DNA of 52,867 bases from Octopus bimaculoides (Eukaryota), in contig NC_068986.1 in NCBI RefSeq assembly GCF_001194135.2, positions 47,232,529 to 47,285,395 of the forward strand. The letters run 5' to 3'. The notes beneath the pieces were generated by a model. That model saw only the letters and a program-made list of their open reading frames with translations, did no database searches and was not told where the DNA came from. Made by a program: the position numbers and the translations under genes. Shown in pieces: positions 1 to 12,918 of this stretch (the stretch's first letter is position 1; each line of letters opens with the position of its first letter).

Positions 1-21
1 CACATACATATATACATATAT

Positions 22-181
22 ACGACGGGCTTCTTTCAGTTTCCGTCTACCAAATCCACTCACAAGGCTTTGGTCGACCCGAGGCTATAGTAGAAGGCAC
101 TTGCCCAAGATGCCACGCAGTGGGACTGAACCCGGGACCATGTGGTTGGTAAGCAAGCTACTTACCACACAGCCACTCCTA
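22..181 (-). mobile_element. SINE family A, 5' half (tRNA-like head plus body), CpG-intact copy
   Basis: The reverse complement reads aggagtggctgtgtggtaagtagcttgcttaccaaccacatggtcccgggttcagtcccactgcgtggcatcttgggcaagtg. It has A-box-like (TGGCTGTGTGG) and B-box-like (GGTTCAGTCC) motifs, and more than 20 related copies occur in the window. Confidence 0.85.
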
Positions 182-935
182 CATATATATATATATATTA
201 ATATATAGTATTAGGGAAAAGAACCAAGGTTTATGAACTCATCTTTTCCCTAATACTATATATTAATATATTTTATACTGTGAAGCTTAATTTAATTTTA
301 ATTTTTAATAAATTGATTTTAATTAAGTTTTTACCTGTAATTTTAGATTCTATCCCTAATATTATATATATATATGCGTGTGTGTGTGTAGTTAAGTCTT
401 CGGCTTTAGAGTGATGAGCCGTCCATGGGGCTAAGCCCTTTGTGGATGCGAAACCATTGGTCACTCTATGACCGGACTTATAAATGCATTACTACTCTAT
501 GCTTAGAGTGCTTTTCGGATACATGATACATTGACCACACACACACATATGACGGGCTTCCACATAGTTTCCATTTACCAAATTCCCTCACAAGGCGTTA
601 ATCGGCCCAGGGTTATAGTGGAAGACTGAACTGAAACCACGTGGTTGCAAAGTGAGCTTCATAGCCACATAGCCCTACTGCACAAATATTTAAAAAAACA
701 AAACATTGAATGTTATTGTAATACTGTCGTACTTCACAATTTCTTCATAAATAATGCATCAATTGATTAAGAAATTAAGAAATAGCGACTGAACTGTTTT
801 AATTCTCCGTTCAGAATCTTGTCTTGCTTGTTTTTTTTTTTTTGGTTATTTTTTCTGTATTCTAAATTCCATTCACCATTAGGGTACATTATAGGAATCA
901 ACGCCAATATTTGACTGGTACTTTGTGTTATAGAC

Positions 936-1006
936 CAGGGGTTCCCAGCTTGGGGTCGGCGGAGTCCTGGTGGTCCGCAAAGGTAGTACAAGGGGTCCGT
1001 GAATTA
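936..1006 (+). mobile_element. Probable hAT-type DNA transposon/MITE end, truncated by a gap
   Basis: Begins CAGGGGTTCCC, resembling hAT-Charlie-type termini. The other end would lie in the N gap, so no TIR pair or TSD can be checked. Confidence 0.4.
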
Positions 1007-1629
1007 NNNNNNNNNNNNNNNNNNNNNNNNNNNNNNNNNNNNNNNNNNNNNNNNNNNNNNNNNNNNNNNNNNNNNNNNNNNNNNNNNNNNNNNNNNNNNN
1101 NNNNNNNNNNNNNNNNNNNNNNNNNNNNNNNNNNNNNNNNNNNNNNNNNNNNNNNNNNNNNNNNNNNNNNNNNNNNNNNNNNNNNNNNNNNNNNNNNNNN
1201 NNNNNNNNNNNNNNNNNNNNNNNNNNNNNNNNNNNNNNNNNNNNNNNNNNNNNNNNNNNNNNNNNNNNNNNNNNNNNNNNNNNNNNNNNNNNNNNNNNNN
1301 NNNNNNNNNNNNNNNNNNNNNNNNNNNNNNNNNNNNNNNNNNNNNNNNNNNNNNNNNNNNNNNNNNNNNNNNNNNNNNNNNNNNNNNNNNNNNNNNNNNN
1401 NNNNNNNNNNNNNNNNNNNNNNNNNNNNNNNNNNNNNNNNNNNNNNNNNNNNNNNNNNNNNNNNNNNNNNNNNNNNNNNNNNNNNNNNNNNNNNNNNNNN
1501 NNNNNNNNNNNNNNNNNNNNNNNNNNNNNNNNNNNNNNNNNNNNNNNNNNNNNNNNNNNNNNNNNNNNNNNNNNNNNNNNNNNNNNNNNNNNNNNNNNNN
1601 NNNNNNNNNNNNNNNNNNNNNNNNNNNNN
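1007..1629. other. Assembly gap (other gaps: 2347-2356, 3930-3939, 6274-6508, 18246-18801, 25830-25839, 50732-50854)
   Basis: Runs of N, most flanked by microsatellites. Confidence 1.
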
Positions 1630-1827
1630 TTGTTTGTTGAAATCCTCGAAGCTGTGCAAGTTCAACTCCCACCGAGATCAACCTCAGATTTTTGATTTTC
1701 ACATTTTGAGGTTGGTAAGATAAAAGTACCTGTCAAGAACCTGGAGTCAATAAAATTAACACCGTTCTCCAAATTTAGACCCTGTGCATATGCAACAAAC
1801 GAAATACACACACACACACACACATAT

Positions 1828-2010
1828 ACTTTTCTACTCTAGGCACAAGACCCGAAATTTTAGGGGACGGGGCCAGTCGATTAAATTGACCCCAGTACGC
1901 AACTGATACTTAATTTATCGACCTTCGAAATGATAACAGGCTAAGTCGACCTCAATGGAGTTTGAACTCAGAATGTAAAGAAATACCGCTAAGTATTTCG
2001 GCGTGCTAAC
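1828..2010 (-). mobile_element. SINE family B copy
   Basis: Matches the family B pattern ctactctaggcacaag...gaccccagt...gtcgacct...tttgaactcagaa...aaataccgctaag...gctaac, which recurs at 10.4, 26-28.5 and 43.6 kb. Confidence 0.8.
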
Positions 2011-3510
2011 TATGTATGTGTGTGTGACGTCACCAGCAGTAAACAACATGAAATACGTAAACAAATGGGTTCAATACGCAAACAACGAAAGAAACAAATA
2101 GAAAACAGGACAAGTAACACAAAGAACGACCCGTCATAAGTTGTCGGTTGTCTATCTACTCCTCATTTCGAGTAATATACATATACGTGGGGGGTGCTGT
2201 AAAGTTCTTTGGCTAAAAAAAAAAAGTACAGAAGGATCAGTTAATTATGATTTTATTCAACATATTTCCCTCTCAGATTCACACGCTTATCGCAACGTTC
2301 CTTCAGTTTTTCTAAGCCCTGTAACAGAACTCCGAAGGTTGGGCCTNNNNNNNNNNTATATATATATATATGTATGTATGTTTGCTTCTCAGTCTTACGG
2401 CTCCGGGTTTTTGTCTCACTGCGTGACACCTTGGTCAATATCTTCTACTATGGCCTCAGGCCGATCAGAGAGTTGTGAGTGGATTTGGTAGGCGGTAACT
2501 GAAAGAAATCCCTCGTGTATGCATCATGTATGTATACATATAGATGTAGGTATGTACATATATGTATGGATATATGCATATATTTATGTATTATATATAT
2601 ATATATATATAATTTGATAAACACAATACATGTTATTATGTGCTATTATTAATTTCATGTGATGGGTGCATGCCAAGCCTGGCAGTATTTTTAACACGTC
2701 TAGTGTCTCAGAACAATACTGTCAACACATAAAAACATATATTGTGTTTATTAAATAATATTTATCTCTCACCAGATGGAGTACTTTTTTGTTGGTCTTA
2801 CCGTCACGGAACAGTACACTATATACATATGTGTGTGTGTATTTATGTATGTATGTGTATGTGTGTGCGCGCGCATGCGTGTATTTGTCATTCGCCACCG
2901 TTTGACAACTCATAGCGTGTTTACACTCTGTTAACTTAGCGGTTTTATAATAGATACCGATATAATAAAAAAGACTAGGGTCAATTCGACCGACTGAAAT
3001 TCTTCAAGGGAATGTCACAGTCTAATGTCTGAAACGGGTAAAAGATAAAAGATGCACATGAATATATATTTAAAGTTGTATTTTTTATTGATCAGCGAGG
3101 AAGTAATCTATGTGTTCGCTTGAACTGTTAAAATAGCAGTCAAATTTTCCCGAATACACGTATATTGGATGAAATAGTACCAAATGCTCACCGAACAAAG
3201 ATGGTTATGGCTCGAATGTGTTTGATCACAGGATTGTTCGTTTAACGTTGACACGATTTTAAACAACTTGAATAACTAAACTTTTGTTTATGGTTTGAAT
3301 GAGAGAAAAAAAAGGGGGAGGAGAGAAAAATAAGAGAAAGAGAAAGGAGGAGAAAAGGCAAGAAAGGAAGAGAGAGAGGGGGTGGTGGTGAGAGCAAGAA
3401 AGGTGGAGGATGAATGAGAGTGATAGAAAGAGAACAAAAACAGTGAGGGTATCAGGACGTTTTATCGTCTGTAATGGAAAAAGCAAAATATAGAGCAATT
3501 TTTCACTCAC

Positions 3511-3830
3511 CATGAGTGTTTAAAACGGTCGTCAAGTAGGGTGGTAGGCGGCATCATCAACATCGGATACATCATTGAAAGGTCCTTGGCCAAATTGGTA
3601 AACACCGGCACCACGTGTTTAGTTATAATGTTTGGGTTAAACTTTCAGTGTCTTAGACCTGAAGAATGTTCACAGGCAAGCTTTCAGTTCTTCGAGATGT
3701 TGAGATCGAATATTATTGTCATGTAAATTTAAAGGTTGTGGGAATAGACTCAATGGAGTGCTGATCAACAGCTATCGTTACCGATAAGGAGGCATGGACA
3801 TCGTGTCAATGATTAATAGAAGAGAAACCG
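3511..3830 (-). other. Candidate early exon of a minus-strand gene running off the left end, ending ...cactcATG|gtgagt
   Basis: Strong donor G|GTGAGT at 3511/3510 in unique, CpG-retaining sequence, followed by a pyrimidine-rich intron. The exon either ends exactly in ATG or encodes MMYPMLMMPPTTLLDDRFKHS in another frame. The 5' boundary is uncertain. Confidence 0.4.
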
Positions 3831-3893
3831 AGTAATATCATTTGTGTATAACAAATTTCATATATACAATTATATAATCGTATATTGATCACC

Positions 3894-3929
<36 letters not shown>

Positions 3930-3939
3930 NNNNNNNNNN

Positions 3940-3975
<36 letters not shown>

Positions 3976-4619
3976 GTAGCGAACTATTTAGTATCAAACT
4001 CTAGTAACATGACATGCAAATATGAAAATTGTATGGAGAAGTTTTGTGTACAAATATTTGTAGACGAAAGTTGCTACTTCGCTAAGTTATGTGGTAAACC
4101 ACATTAATGTTTATATATATTTTAATAAAGTGAATCAATTCAACCGAAAACAAACAAGCTCCCTCGTTAATAAGATGATTCTGCAGATAATTCTTTATCA
4201 AAATAGTTTTTTCGAATCTCAAAGTAAAACACGTAACTAATATTTTTTACTAGAAAAAGATTTCAAAATTCGACTAAATACTGATTATATAACAATAAGC
4301 ATTTCGTCTTTCAATCTTTCATTTTTGACTCATATATTTTCCTTCGTATTTCTTTTCAGTTGTTTTGTTTATCTACAAATCATCAATTTTACATCATTTA
4401 TGTTTCCTCTCCAAACATTGTTAACTTCCCATCTTCTTTCTCTCCATCTACGCTGTTTGTTAGAACCACCCTCTTTTATATGTCCCACCTCTTTTATCGT
4501 AGTTTCTCCCACCTTCTGTAAAAGTTGCTCGCTAGCTAACTCAACATTCAGAAAGTTTTTAGAGAGATTATTAACAAACACTATTCTTTTTTTTATCTTC
4601 TTTACAGCTACCTAAATTT

Positions 4620-5130
4620 TATAGCAGACTATTTATGAAAGTGAATTATTTTTTAAGTATCTAAAAGACAAGCGACAATCTGTAAATGTCTTGCGTCCTG
4701 AACGCAATGCTTCAGTTTGTTGTTAAACAGTAAAGACAGCCCACTCAACTAGAATGAACCAATCGCAAGCACATATTCAGGTCGTAACGACATTTGAGGA
4801 GATTTCACGGGCTTTTTCTTTATGACACCGCGTATGAATGAATGAATGAACGTATAGTATAATTACAATGAAAATAGCCCTTTGTATTAAATGATATCAT
4901 AAACAAGAAGAACGGCCGGTGTTAAACCATTTATTAGCGTTGACATATTTTATGTACGTAGTCGTTACGTTATTAAATGGAGGAAATTAGCTATTAATAA
5001 CTGAGTAACCTTCGTGTAGCGTAATTTATTTTGTGTGGTGATAGTTCGCTTATTTAAATGATTTCGTGTTTTTATTTATTTCGATTATCGAAGCAGTCGT
5101 ATTTAGCACTTTGAAATTTAGTTTCATGCT
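4620..5130. promoter_or_regulatory. CpG-retaining promoter-like region with an NF-Y-type CCAAT box (AACCAATCG, CCAAT at 4759-4763)
   Basis: Unique, repeat-free sequence with many CG dinucleotides compared with DNA beyond about 8 kb. The CCAAT box fits the RRCCAATSR consensus. Confidence 0.5.
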
Positions 5131-5834
5131 TAAACTTCGTGAAGACATGTGGGCTGGTTGTTGGGGTGTTTTGGCTCACGGTTGTTTTGTACAGGAATGA
5201 GTATTAAGAACTTGGGTTACGTTAAGTTTCGAGAGACTGGGGTTGGGAAGGTTGGACAAGAGACCTTATAAGCCATTCCCTCTGCGTCAGTTGAACAGTA
5301 ATGGAACGCCGTCCCTCTGCGCACCTTCTATGACTAGTTAAGTCAAAGGTTCGATTCTCGGATCAGATGGCATATATGTCTTTGAGTAAGTCACTTCATT
5401 TCACGTTGTTCCAGTTTACTCAACATCAAGTATGACCCAGTCGCAGCAGTGAGTTAACCTGTGATGGACTAGTGTCCCGTCCAGGAGACATTCTTACAAC
5501 TCCCAGACACTTAAACGCATTGGAACCTTTGATAAACTCCCAACCCAACCTGTTCTGAAAGAAATACGTATTTTTTTTTTAATGGAATTTTGTGAAGATA
5601 CGTTTCCGAGAGTGTAAATTACGACTACGTTGATAACATTGAAAAGAACAAAAGGAAAATGTGAAGAAGTTACGGATTTTTCTCCTCTCTCTCTCCGACT
5701 TTGTTTCATCGTAACTTTCTTTAAAATGCATATTATCAGATGAGATTTAGCAGAAATATATTATCGAGAGTGTAGATGATGGTAATGTTGATGTTTTAAA
5801 CACAGAAATCTGATAAATACGTAAAAATTTGCTG

Positions 5835-6227
5835 AAGTTACGGGCTTGAACGTGAGGTTAAAAAGCTCGCTTTGCAACTAAGTGATTTTGGGTTCAGTTC
5901 CACGGCGTAGCAACTTGGGCAAGAGTCTTCTACTCTAGCCCCGAGATAACCAATAGCTTGTGAGCGAATTTAGTAGCGTGTGAGTGTGTGCAATGCTTGT
6001 TTGTGTGTGTGTGTGTGTCTTTGTATTAGTTTCCATTCCTTCGCTTCACAAGCACTGTTGGTTTGTTGATGTCATTTCATAACTTAACAGGTTGGCTAAA
6101 ATATCCGATTTTAGCAGGGATAAAAAACAGGATGTTAACTAGGGCCGATTTGATCGAATAAACACTTTCAAAGTGGTGCTTCTGTATAGCTGCAGTTGCA
6201 GCCCAATAACTGAAGCGAGTAAAAGAT

Positions 6228-6230
<3 letters not shown>
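5835..6230 (+). mobile_element. Diverged full-length SINE family A copy
   Basis: Head (gggttcagttccacggcgtagcaacttgggcaagagtcttctac), internal (TG)n and family A tail are all recognisable. Confidence 0.7.
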
Positions 6231-6273
<43 letters not shown>

Positions 6274-6762
6274 NNNNNNNNNNNNNNNNNNNNNNNNNNN
6301 NNNNNNNNNNNNNNNNNNNNNNNNNNNNNNNNNNNNNNNNNNNNNNNNNNNNNNNNNNNNNNNNNNNNNNNNNNNNNNNNNNNNNNNNNNNNNNNNNNNN
6401 NNNNNNNNNNNNNNNNNNNNNNNNNNNNNNNNNNNNNNNNNNNNNNNNNNNNNNNNNNNNNNNNNNNNNNNNNNNNNNNNNNNNNNNNNNNNNNNNNNNN
6501 NNNNNNNNGGTGAGTGTTATGGATGGTGTTCATTATTTTGCGCGCATGTGTGTGTGTGTGTGTGTGTGTGTGTTATGATCTTTTACTTGTTTCAGCCATT
6601 CTCTTGAAGGGTTTAGTTGGCAAAAAAAAAATCGATCATTGTAAGTTCGGTACTTATTTTTAATGTTGCTTTTTGCCAACCACTAAGTTGGAGGAATGCA
6701 AACAAACCAACACCACTCGTCAAGCAGTATCGGGAGACAAACACAAAAACAAACATACATAC

Positions 6763-6796
<34 letters not shown>

Positions 6797-8016
6797 ATGT
6801 ATGTTTGTGTGTGTGTGTGTGTGTGTGTGAATACATTAACACACATACACACAGAGGTAGGCAAACAGATAGATAGATAAGCCAGTATATATCGGGTGGT
6901 TTTTAAGCTAGCTCCTGTGGAAAGCTCTTCATTAGGCCTTGGGCCCAACAATGACACTTCATGCATTGAGTACATATTAAATTTTATTAAACAATATTTT
7001 TCAAGCAATGAATAATTTTCATCAAAACAATGATATAATTTGTCGACTTGGAACTTGTTGCAAAGCTGCATGATAAACATTTTTTGTCTTTCTATTCAAG
7101 GGTCAGTACAATTTTTTTTCCTATCTAACCCCTTTCTTTCTCTCTCCCCTTCTCTCTATCTTTCTGCTGATTGTTTGTAAACATCACCATCACCGGTACC
7201 ACCACCGTCGCCACTACAACTGCCATACACACACCATTCAGACTTCTGACGTCCCCACCATCAATACCTTTGACTTCGCCGCCTTCCCCTCCACCACCAT
7301 ATCCACTGTCTTTCACATCGCTTAATCTCACCATCATCCCTGACCACCACCACCACCACCACTTGCGCATATGAGTGATTTAAATGGGTTAGAGTAGTTT
7401 TGGCTTCTATTTCTAGCATGTTGGTACTTTCCCAGTACCCTTCATTATAGTTGTATATATTTATATATGATTATAGACTTATATTAGTTTTCACCTCTAC
7501 GGTTTTAAAGCATACTAGCCACTGATATTATCGTTATTATTTTATAATAATAATTTTATCGTTTTTATATACATACATACATACATACGTCTGTGTGTTT
7601 GTGTGTGTGTATACATATGCATACATATACACATCACACAAGTATTTCATTAAGGTTATTTAACGTAAAGTTTAAGAATATCAAGAAAACATTTACTGAT
7701 GAATGACTCATACCTGAAAGAATAACCAATTTTTTATAAAATGTCTTTTGACTGAAACTTCCACTTGATAACCTATTCATCCACTTTAGACTTTGAATTA
7801 CAAAAAACCTATTGGATGGATTTTTACATAATTTCTGTCTACCAAAATTTACTTAGAAGTTATAATTCAACATGAGTTTATAAAAAATAACACTTGACCA
7901 AGATACCACACAGCAGAATTGAAACTGGTACATCATGATTACAAACTGACCTTCGTAACCATTCAACCAAACTGCGCCTCTCCCCTCACCACCACACGTC
8001 TATGCACATACACATA

Positions 8017-8259
8017 CAGTCGTGGTCAAAAATTTGGAACAGTTTTTTTTTTAATTAAAATTGTTACGCCCAAGTACAGTTCGATTCAAATATATACAAC
8101 GTATATATTTGGGCATTTAATATAAAAGTTCTAATTTTCAGACCTATACTCCAAACTTTTGGCCCAGTAATATTATATTGCAAATTAAATATAACTTAGG
8201 GCATTTGATATAAGAATTCTAGTTTTCAGATGTATGTTCCAAACTCTTGGCCACGACTG
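8017..8259. mobile_element. Tc1/mariner-type MITE, 243 bp, TA target site duplication
   Basis: 25-bp TIRs cagtcgtggtcaaaaatttggaaca and tgttccaaactcttggccacgactg (3 mismatches), with TA on both sides (8015-8016, 8260-8261). Confidence 0.85.
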
Positions 8260-9959
8260 TATATACATGTACATGCACACACACGAGGAATTGTTTTGAG
8301 CATCGCACAAAATTTCGTGTTGCTACTCCTTTTGGCCTTTGTGTTTTCCTTGGACTACATTGGTATAGTAAAAGAGGAGAGACTTGCTACATGGCCAGTT
8401 ACTGGTCTTATCTTTTATCTCTGATCAAATATTTGCTCCAGTCATTGGACTGTCGCCATGCAGAGGTACCTCTTTGAAGGGTTTAGTTGAACGAATCGAC
8501 TCCAGTACTTATTTTCAAGTGTAGTACTTGTTCTGTCAGTCTCTTTTGCAAATAAATAAAATGAGAGGAAATAAAATAAAACTCAGACCTTCCCTCGGGA
8601 TGGATAAGAACTGCCCAGGTGCAGGTACAGGATCAATCTTGACCCAACGGAAATGACACGTGCACGTGCATACAGAGACACACACGTGTGTGTGTGTGTA
8701 TACACACACACACACGTGCACGTGCATACAGAGACACACACGTGTGTGTGTGTATACGCACACACACACACACACACACATATATATGTCTGTATATAAA
8801 ATATATATTGAATATGTTGTATATTGACTTTTTATACATGCTAGGCCACTGGTAGTAAAATTTTGTAAAGTTTTGCTACCCTTTATATGTACTCAAGTAT
8901 ATGTATGTATATGTATGTATACATGTTTTTGTTGGGGTGTATACATATGTATCTATGTAGCTCTGGTAAGAGGTCTGCCAGTTCCTTTTCAGGACAGTTT
9001 GTATACTATTGACTCCCATCTAACACCCAACTATTAGCTGTGTCTCTAAAAATTGTCTTTGTGCAGCAGTGTATCAGACTAAATCAATTTGAGAGTAGTA
9101 GACAAGTTTTAAACTCTCATCATTATTCTTTAAGTGCTTATCACCATACACACAGGAAGACTAATAACCATCAGTGGTTAAGTTTCAATGAGAAGAAAGG
9201 CAATCTGGTAATGAAGCACTGTGGGACACAGCTCAGAGTGTGCTAAGATACTTGAATTGTTCTGTCATCCAACTGCATCTCTGATGTGAAACCTCATGTC
9301 TTGTTTGCCTTGCCATAGGCCCAAGAATTCAGGGATGAGAAAGTGCAGCCCTCACTCCACCCCAGTAGCACATATAGTGTGTTACCTGAGGTGGCCCTTT
9401 AAATTGATCTACTTCTTCCCCCTCTACCAGCTTATGCAACAGACCCTAAAGTGCCACCCCAATAAAAGCATTGCCCAGGGCACACTGACTCCCAATCTCC
9501 TGACCCAGCTACGTTACAGAACCCAAGTTCATTACAAGTAAGTGTTTAAATTTCTCAGAACTAGAAACAGATGATGAATCTTTTGTTGTAGGGGATGGGG
9601 TTGCAGGCACATCTTTAACTGGAATATCACCACTTCCAAAATTTCTTTGCTTATGAATGCACAGGAAAGCTCTGGCACAGATGAGGACAGTCATGGTCCT
9701 CTTATGGACCATGTCTTCTGTGTCATCCATCACTGTTGCTCATTAAGAAGTGGTGTTTAAGAGGTGGAGTCTTGGCCATCTTCAAAAATAAACTGGTGAC
9801 TAGATAATAAATACAAATGTACTTTATAGTACACATCCCAACTCATTTAAAAAGAAGTATTTTTTCACTGACAGTACTTGATTTATAATTGAAAATTAAT
9901 TAGGACCATGACAACAATGTGTTTGTGAAGGAAATAAAATGGAATGGAGGAAATTCAAA

Positions 9960-10342
9960 CATGAATTTCCAGTAGCATAGCTAGAGTGTGAGCTACCCAG
10001 GGTAATCCCTGAATCCATCTCCTCTGGGTGTTCAAGCAGTTGTTGGGGAGCATCACAGCCTTGTGTTGAGAGAAATTCTTGGGAGTTTGAATAATTCACT
10101 CCTGTATTGAGGGACTGTCCGAGTAGGATGGGCTACTCAATCTGAAGGAAATTCTAACTGGGCCCCCACCTGCAAGGTCATTTGCTGTTTATCTTGATAA
10201 GAGATCACCATGTTGCACACATATGGTTGTGATGCATGTGCCTAATGCTCCCTTATCAGATGGGTAGTCATGATGAATATGTTGGACTTCATATACTTGT
10301 ACCTCAATACCGCTTTGATGGTATGTCCTGCTCTCTCACTCC

Positions 10343-10345
<3 letters not shown>
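9960..10345 (+). mobile_element. Interspersed repeat family C ending in an (AAT)n tail (second copy about 25335-25940)
   Basis: Shared text ggaaattctaactgggccc...gtcatgtgctgtttatcttgat...gagatcaccatg...ctctctcact followed by (AAT)n at both loci. Confidence 0.75.
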
Positions 10346-10374
<29 letters not shown>

Positions 10375-10375
10375 C

Positions 10376-10745
10376 CTTTCTATTATAGGTACAAGGCCTG
10401 GAATTTGGAGGAAGGGGGGTAAGTCGATTACACCGATCCCAGTGTGCAACTGGTACTTATTTTATTGACTCCAAAAGGATGAAAGGCAAAGTTGACCTTG
10501 GCAGAATTTGAATTCAGAACATAGTGGCAGACGAAATACCGCTAAGCATTTCACCCAGCATGCTAACAGTTCTGCCAGCATTACTAATAATAATGATAAG
10601 GATTTCAAATTTTAGCACAAAGCCAGCAATTTTAATGGGAGAAGTTTAGTCAACTACACTGACTCCATTGTTCAACTGAAAGGATAATAGTCAAAATTGA
10701 CCTTGGCTGGATTTGAACTCAGAATATGAGGAACTGGAAGAAATC
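10376..10745 (-). mobile_element. Two tandem SINE family B copies
   Basis: Family B motifs at about 10376-10580 and 10590-10745, each with an AAT-rich tail. Confidence 0.75.
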
Positions 10746-10803
10746 CTGCAAAGTTATGTTACCTCTAAAAGATTTCTTTCTTTGACCCATCGTTTTGTTG
10801 TAG

Positions 10804-10848
10804 CCAGCTTAATCATGAATTTATACAATTACAGTTTGGAAAACACAA
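10804..10848 (+). CDS. Candidate exon, plus-strand chain (QLNHEFIQLQFGKH)
   Basis: Strong acceptor ttctttctttgacccatcgttttgttgtag and donor AA|gttagc. Phase 2-2, compatible with 12862-12918. No homolog recognised. Confidence 0.3.
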
Positions 10849-11236
10849 GTTAGCCATTCAAAAACACACAAAGACTATTAACTTTACCAAAACATTTATT
10901 ATTCATTATATGTTATAAAAATTCTAACAGGCCTGGCTAGATGCTGGTGTGGCTGTGTGATAAGAAGTTTGCTTCTCAACCACATGGTTCCAGGTTCAGT
11001 CCCACTGCATAACACCTTGGGCAGGTGTCTTCTACTTTAGCCTCAAGCCCAATGATAACCTTGTGAGTTTATTTAGTAGATGGAAAGTGAAAGTAGCCCA
11101 TTGTATATGTAGCATCCAGACGTAGAAACCATACCAAATCAGATTGGAGTGTGTTACAGCCCCTCAGCTTACCATTTCTGGTCAAACCGTCCAAGCCATG
11201 CCAGAATGGACAACGGATATTAAATGATGATGATGA

Positions 11237-11286
<50 letters not shown>

Positions 11287-11624
11287 GTGTGTGTGTGTGT
11301 CTTTGTGTCTGCATCTGTTCCTACCACTGCTTAGTGTCCGTGTGTTTAAAGCCCTGTAACTTAGCGGTCCAGTAAAAGAGGACAATAGAATAAGTACTAG
11401 GCTTAAAATATAAATATTGGGGGTCAATACATTCAACTAAACTTCTTCAAGGTGGTGCCCCAGCAAGGTCACAGTCTACTGACTGAAACAAGTAAAGGAT
11501 TAAAATAATAAATGTTTAAGTGAAGTTAAAATTCTTTTTTGAATGGCTAACATGTCTTTCACACAGTAATTCAGCTTAAATCATATACCTGGCAAATACA
11601 TCATAAGGTTATTACATCATTTAA

Positions 11625-11829
11625 CCCTTTTGTTACCAACCCGGCTCCTGAGTACTATTGTCTTGTTTTCATAAGTTTTGAATTAAAATCTTCCACCAAA
11701 CCTTAGTCGCAATTTATGTTCCTAATACTAGCTGAATAATAACGAAGTTATTTTACTAAATTCTTTGTTATATTTAAAGTAATTGTAAGAAACACAGAAC
11801 ATCTCAGAATAAATACAGTAACAAAAGGG
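11625..11829. mobile_element. piggyBac-type MITE, 205 bp, TTAA target site duplication
   Basis: ttaa|cccttttgttac ... gtaacaaaaggg|ttaa: perfect 12-bp TIR with TTAA at 11621-11624 and 11830-11833. Confidence 0.9.
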
Positions 11830-11849
11830 TTAAACACAATCTTTATCTT

Positions 11850-12335
11850 TTGTTTTTTGCTTATTTAAGTCATTTGACTGCAGCCATGCTGGGGAACTGA
11901 CTTGAAGGGTTTTACTTGAATAAATCATCTTAAAGACTTATTTTCTTAAACCTAGTATTTATTCTATCAGTCTCTTTTATTGAACAGCTAAGTTATGGGA
12001 ATGTGAACACACCAACACCAGTTGTCAAGTGGTCGCAGGGGATAAACGCAGACAAAGACACACATACATACATGCATACATATACATACATATGTATACA
12101 TACATATGTATACATACATATGTATACATACATATGTATACATACATATGTATACATACATATGTATACACACACACGCACATTATATTTTCAATGGGGT
12201 TCTTTCAGTTTCCATCAACCGAACCCACTCATGAGGTTACTGTTGGCTTGAGGTTATAGTGCCATGCAGTGGGACTGAACCTGGAACCATATGGTTGGGA
12301 AGCTAGCTCCTAACCACACAGCCATGCCTGCGTCT
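11850..12335 (-). mobile_element. Full-length SINE family A with an internal (catacatatgtata)n minisatellite
   Basis: Tail, body and tRNA-like head are all present, and the usual internal microsatellite is replaced by a 14-bp repeat at about 12075-12170. Confidence 0.8.
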
Positions 12336-12861
12336 ATCTAAACAAAATTTTAACAAGATTCTCCCTTTTTTATTTTTTAAAATTAATCCTTCATCTGCTG
12401 TAGTGGAGTAAAATACAGCAGAATTATTTCTGTTTGACATAAGATTTAAACTATAATCTGTGCTCAGTAGTTATTGAAAAATAAATTGATAAAAGAAAGA
12501 AAAAAAAAATGGAAGATGTGATACATTTGAGTTCAAATACATTTAAGTATTACCATTCAAAATAATTTAGAAATCAGAGTGTTTCTAGATTAAATAGTGA
12601 ATAAGTTTTCAATTTTCTAATGCATAAAATTATTGCCAGTTTTAGCAAGACAATGAGTTTGTTCTAGAACTTTTGGCCTTAAGGGCTGATGCACCCCAGG
12701 ACTAACAACAACGTATTTTACCAGTCTTTTTTCAATAAAGAATAACATTAAACTTGAATATTCTTTTTTTTTTTAATTTTTATTTTAAACCATTTTTTAA
12801 AAAAAAATGTATTTTGTGTATCTCAAAATAACAACCTTCCGCCTGGAAAATGTTCATCTAG

Positions 12862-12918
12862 GTGGAAATATTTGTCTAGAGACAATTCAATGGAATTTTA
12901 TTTCATCAACTATATCAA
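12862..12918 (+). CDS. Candidate exon, plus-strand chain (WKYLSRDNSMEFYFINYI)
   Basis: Open frame, phase 2-2, moderate acceptor (ttcatctag), weak donor (AA|gtagag). Confidence 0.2.

Noticed and set aside
911-1723. Long ORFs at 911-1723, 6168-6533, 18114-18842 and 50617-51061
   Set aside because: They are open only because they run through N gaps.
2030-2190. Possible hammerhead core on the minus strand (caacttatgacggg)
   Set aside because: The core is mutated and no correctly placed GAAA or stems were found.
6613-7080. 155-aa minus-strand ORF (MFIMQLCNKFQVDKLYHCFDENY...)
   Set aside because: The first 60 aa look plausible, but the frame runs without a good donor into (CA)n and a SINE tail. 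No recognisable family.
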